From assembly GCF_009914755.1 (NCBI RefSeq), contig NC_060948.1: a stretch of DNA of 64,000 bases; one strand, 5' to 3'. The notes beneath the pieces were generated by a model that saw nothing but the letters and a program-made list of their open reading frames with translations, had not been told where the DNA came from and searched no databases. Source of the DNA: the human T2T-CHM13v2.0 reference genome, Homo sapiens. Each line of letters begins with the position of its first letter. Within the stretch, counting starts at the first letter, position 1. Shown here piece by piece: positions 61,201-64,000 of the stretch. Made by a program: the position numbers and the translations under genes.

Positions 61201-64000
61201 GGAATGGCATCAAACGGAATGGAATGGACAGCCACGGAATGGAATGCACTCGAATGCAATGGAGTCGAAACTAATGGACTGGAATAGAATGGACTCGACT
61301 GGTACGGACTGCAATGGAATGGAATCGAATGGAAGGGAATCGAACGGAATGGACTCGAAGGGAAAAGACTGCAATGGAAAGGTCTCGAATGGAATGGAAA
61401 TTAATGGAATGGAATGGAATCGAATGAAATGGAGTCAAAAGGAATGGAATCGAATGGCAAGAAATCGAATGTAATGGAATCGCAAGGAATTGATGTGAAC
61501 GGAACGGAATGGAATGGAATCCAAAGGAATGGAATAGAATGGAATGGAATCGAATGGAAAGGACTCGAATGGAAATCACTCGAATAGAATGCAATTTAAT
61601 AAAATAGGATAAAATGTAATGGAATGGTATGGAAAGGAATCGAAACGAAAGGAATGGAGACAGATGGAATGGAATGGAACAGAGAGCAATGGTATAGAAT
61701 GGAATGGAATCATCTGGAATGGAATTGAATGGAATGGAATAATATGAAATGGAATGGAATGGAATGGAATGGAATGCCCTTGAATTAAATGGACTGGAAT
61801 GGAATGGACTCGAACAGAGTGGAATGGAAAGTGTTGAGATAGAATGGAATGGACTCCTTTGGAATGGTGTAGTATGCAATGCAATCGACTGGCAGGGAAT
61901 CAAAAGGAATGTAATGGAATGGACTGGACTGGAATGCAATGGACTCGTATAGATTGGAAACGGAATGCAAAGGAATGGAATGGAATAGTATGGAATGGAA
62001 TGGAAAGGAATGGAGTGGAATAGACTAGAGTGGAATGGAATGGACTGGAAAGCAATGGACTGGAATGGAACTTTCTTGAATGGACTGGAATCAAACGGAA
62101 TGGAATGCAATGCAATCAAATGGCATGGAATAAAATAGAATGAAAGAGAATCAAATGGAATTGAATCGAATGGAATCGAATGGATTGGAAAGGAATAGAA
62201 TGGAATGGAATGGAATGGACTCAAATGGAATGGACTAGAATGGAATGGATTCGAATGGAAGGCAAAGGAATGGAATCTATTGGAATGGACTGTAATGGAA
62301 TGCAATGGAAGGGATTGGAATGGACTCGAATGGAATGGACTGCAATAGAAAGGATTCGAATGGAATGAAAAAGAATTGAATGGAATAGAACAGAATGGAA
62401 TCAAATCGAATGAAATGGAATGGAATAGAAAGGAATGGAATGAAATGGAATGGAAAGGATTCGAATGGAATGCAATCGAATGGAATGGAATCGAACGGAA
62501 TGGAATAAAATGGAAGAAAACTGGCAAGAAATGGAATCGAAATGAATGGAGTGTTATGGAACGGACTCAAAAGGAATTGAATGTAATAGAATGGAGTGGA
62601 GTGGACTCGAATATAATGGACTGGAATGGAATGAAATCACATGGAATGGGAACGAATGGAATGGAATGGAAAGGAATGGAATCGAATGGAAAGGAATCGA
62701 ATGGAAGGGAATGAAATTGAATCAACAGGAATGGAAGGGAATAGAATAGACGGTAATGGAATGGACTCGAATAGAATGGACACGAATGCTCAAATTGAAT
62801 GGACTCGAATGGAATGGAAACGAAAGGAATGTCATCGAATGGAATTGAATCGATTGGAATGAAATCGCATAGAATGGAGTGGAATCAAATGGAATTGAAT
62901 CGAAAGGAAAGGAAGCCAATGGACTGAAATGAAATGGAATGGAATTGAATGGAAAGTAATGCAATGGAATAGAATGGAACGAAATTTCACGGAATGGAAT
63001 CAAACTGAATGGAATCAAATCAATGGAATCAAATCAAATGGAATGGAAAGGAATTGAATGGAGTAGATTGGATTGGATGGGATTGGAATGAAATGTACTG
63101 GAAAGGACTCGAATTTCATGAAACGGAATGGAATGAATTAGAACGGAATGGACTCGAATGGAATGGAATGTCATGGAATGGCATCAAATGGAATGGCATC
63201 AAATGGAATGGAATCGAATGCAATGGAATGCTATGGAATGGAATGGAATGCATTGGAATGGAATGTCCTCTAATGGAATGGATTCGAGTGGAATGGAATC
63301 GAATATAATGGAGTCGAATGAAATGGAATTGAAAGGAATGGGATCGAATACAATGGAATATACTGGAATGTAATGTAATGAACTCGAATGTAATTGACTG
63401 GAATGGAATGTACATGAATGGAATGTAATCGAATGGAAAGTAATCCAATGGAATAGAATCTAATGCAATAAAATCGACTCAGATAGAGTAGAATGTAATG
63501 GAATGGAGTGCAGTGCAATGGAATGGATTGGAATGGAATGCAATGGAATGGAATGGAATGGAATGGAATGGAATGGAATGGGATGGAATGGGATGGAATG
63601 GTATGGAATGGATAGTAATGGACTGGAGTGAAATGGACTGGAAAGGAATTGACTCAAATTGAAAGGGCTCGAAAGGAATGGAGTCAAATGTAATGGTCTG
63701 GAATGGAATGAACACGAATGTAATGAAATCCAATAGAATGGAATCGAATGGCATGGAATATAAAGAAATGGAATCGAAGAGAATGGAAACAAATGGAATG
63801 GAATTGAATGGAATGGAATTGAATGGAATGGGAAGGAATGGAGTGAAATTGTATGCAGTAGAAGAGAATAGAATGGAATGCAAGCGAAAGGAAAGGAATG
63901 GATTGGAATGGAATGGAACTCATTGGAATGGAAGGGAATGTAGTGTAATGGACAGGCCTGGAATAAAGTGGAAAGCTACGGTCTCGAATGGAATAAAAAT

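Larger units (their letters stand above)
27017..64000. repeat. DYZ1: DYZ1 / HSat3 (GGAAT)n-derived satellite array, ~3.56-kb unit, GGAAT on the plus strand, ~10.6 copies
   Basis: Diverged GGAAT pentamers. The landmark GGACAGGCCT (HaeIII GGCC) lies at 31886, 35445, 38993, 42557, 46121, 49685, 53249, 56817, 60386 and 63955 (spacings 3559, 3548, 3564 x4, 3568, 3569, 3569). 3564 bp is the classical DYZ1 HaeIII unit length, and the reverse strand from this site (CCTGTCCATTACACTACATTCCC) matches the DYZ1 start as I recall it. Confidence 0.95.

Noticed and set aside
27067-63923. Hundreds of MEWNG- or IPFHS-repeat ORFs, up to 418 aa (61271-62527)
   Set aside because: Pure GGAAT/ATTCC repeats contain no stop codon in any frame, so long overlapping ORFs are expected. 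They are the typical HSat2/3 translation artefact.
27017-64000. Strand inversion or foreign insertion within the arrays, or assignment to HSat2
   Set aside because: GGAAT stays on the plus strand and all Alus stay on the minus strand throughout, and I saw no non-satellite insert. The 3564-bp period with the HaeIII landmark fits DYZ1 HSat3, not the HSat2 CATTCGATTC pattern.

Overview
This window is entirely tandem satellite DNA that matches human Y-chromosome Yq12 heterochromatin. It spans a sharp boundary at about 27,016/27,017 between two arrays. Bases 1-27,016 hold about 11 copies of a ~2.4-kb composite unit consistent with DYZ2/HSat1B: an AT-rich block, a minus-strand decayed Alu and a mixed-GC HSATI-like segment, with periods of 2389-2420 bp. 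Bases 27,017-64,000 hold about 10.6 copies of a ~3.56-kb unit built from diverged GGAAT pentamers, consistent with DYZ1/HSat3 (periods mostly 3564-3569 bp, one conserved AGGCCT HaeIII/StuI site per full unit). I find no credible protein-coding or RNA gene and no new enzymatic system; the ORF track is an artefact of AT-rich and pentamer sequence. The interesting structure is internal to the arrays: dimeric higher-order repeats in both (4831 bp and 7128 bp), a chimeric DYZ1 unit, a 2779-bp deleted DYZ1 unit at the junction, diverged edge subfamilies, an Alu with a fixed 16-bp-period duplication and non-AluY diagnostics, and three perfect heat-shock elements per DYZ1 unit. Family assignments come from recognition of the sequence, not from a database search.
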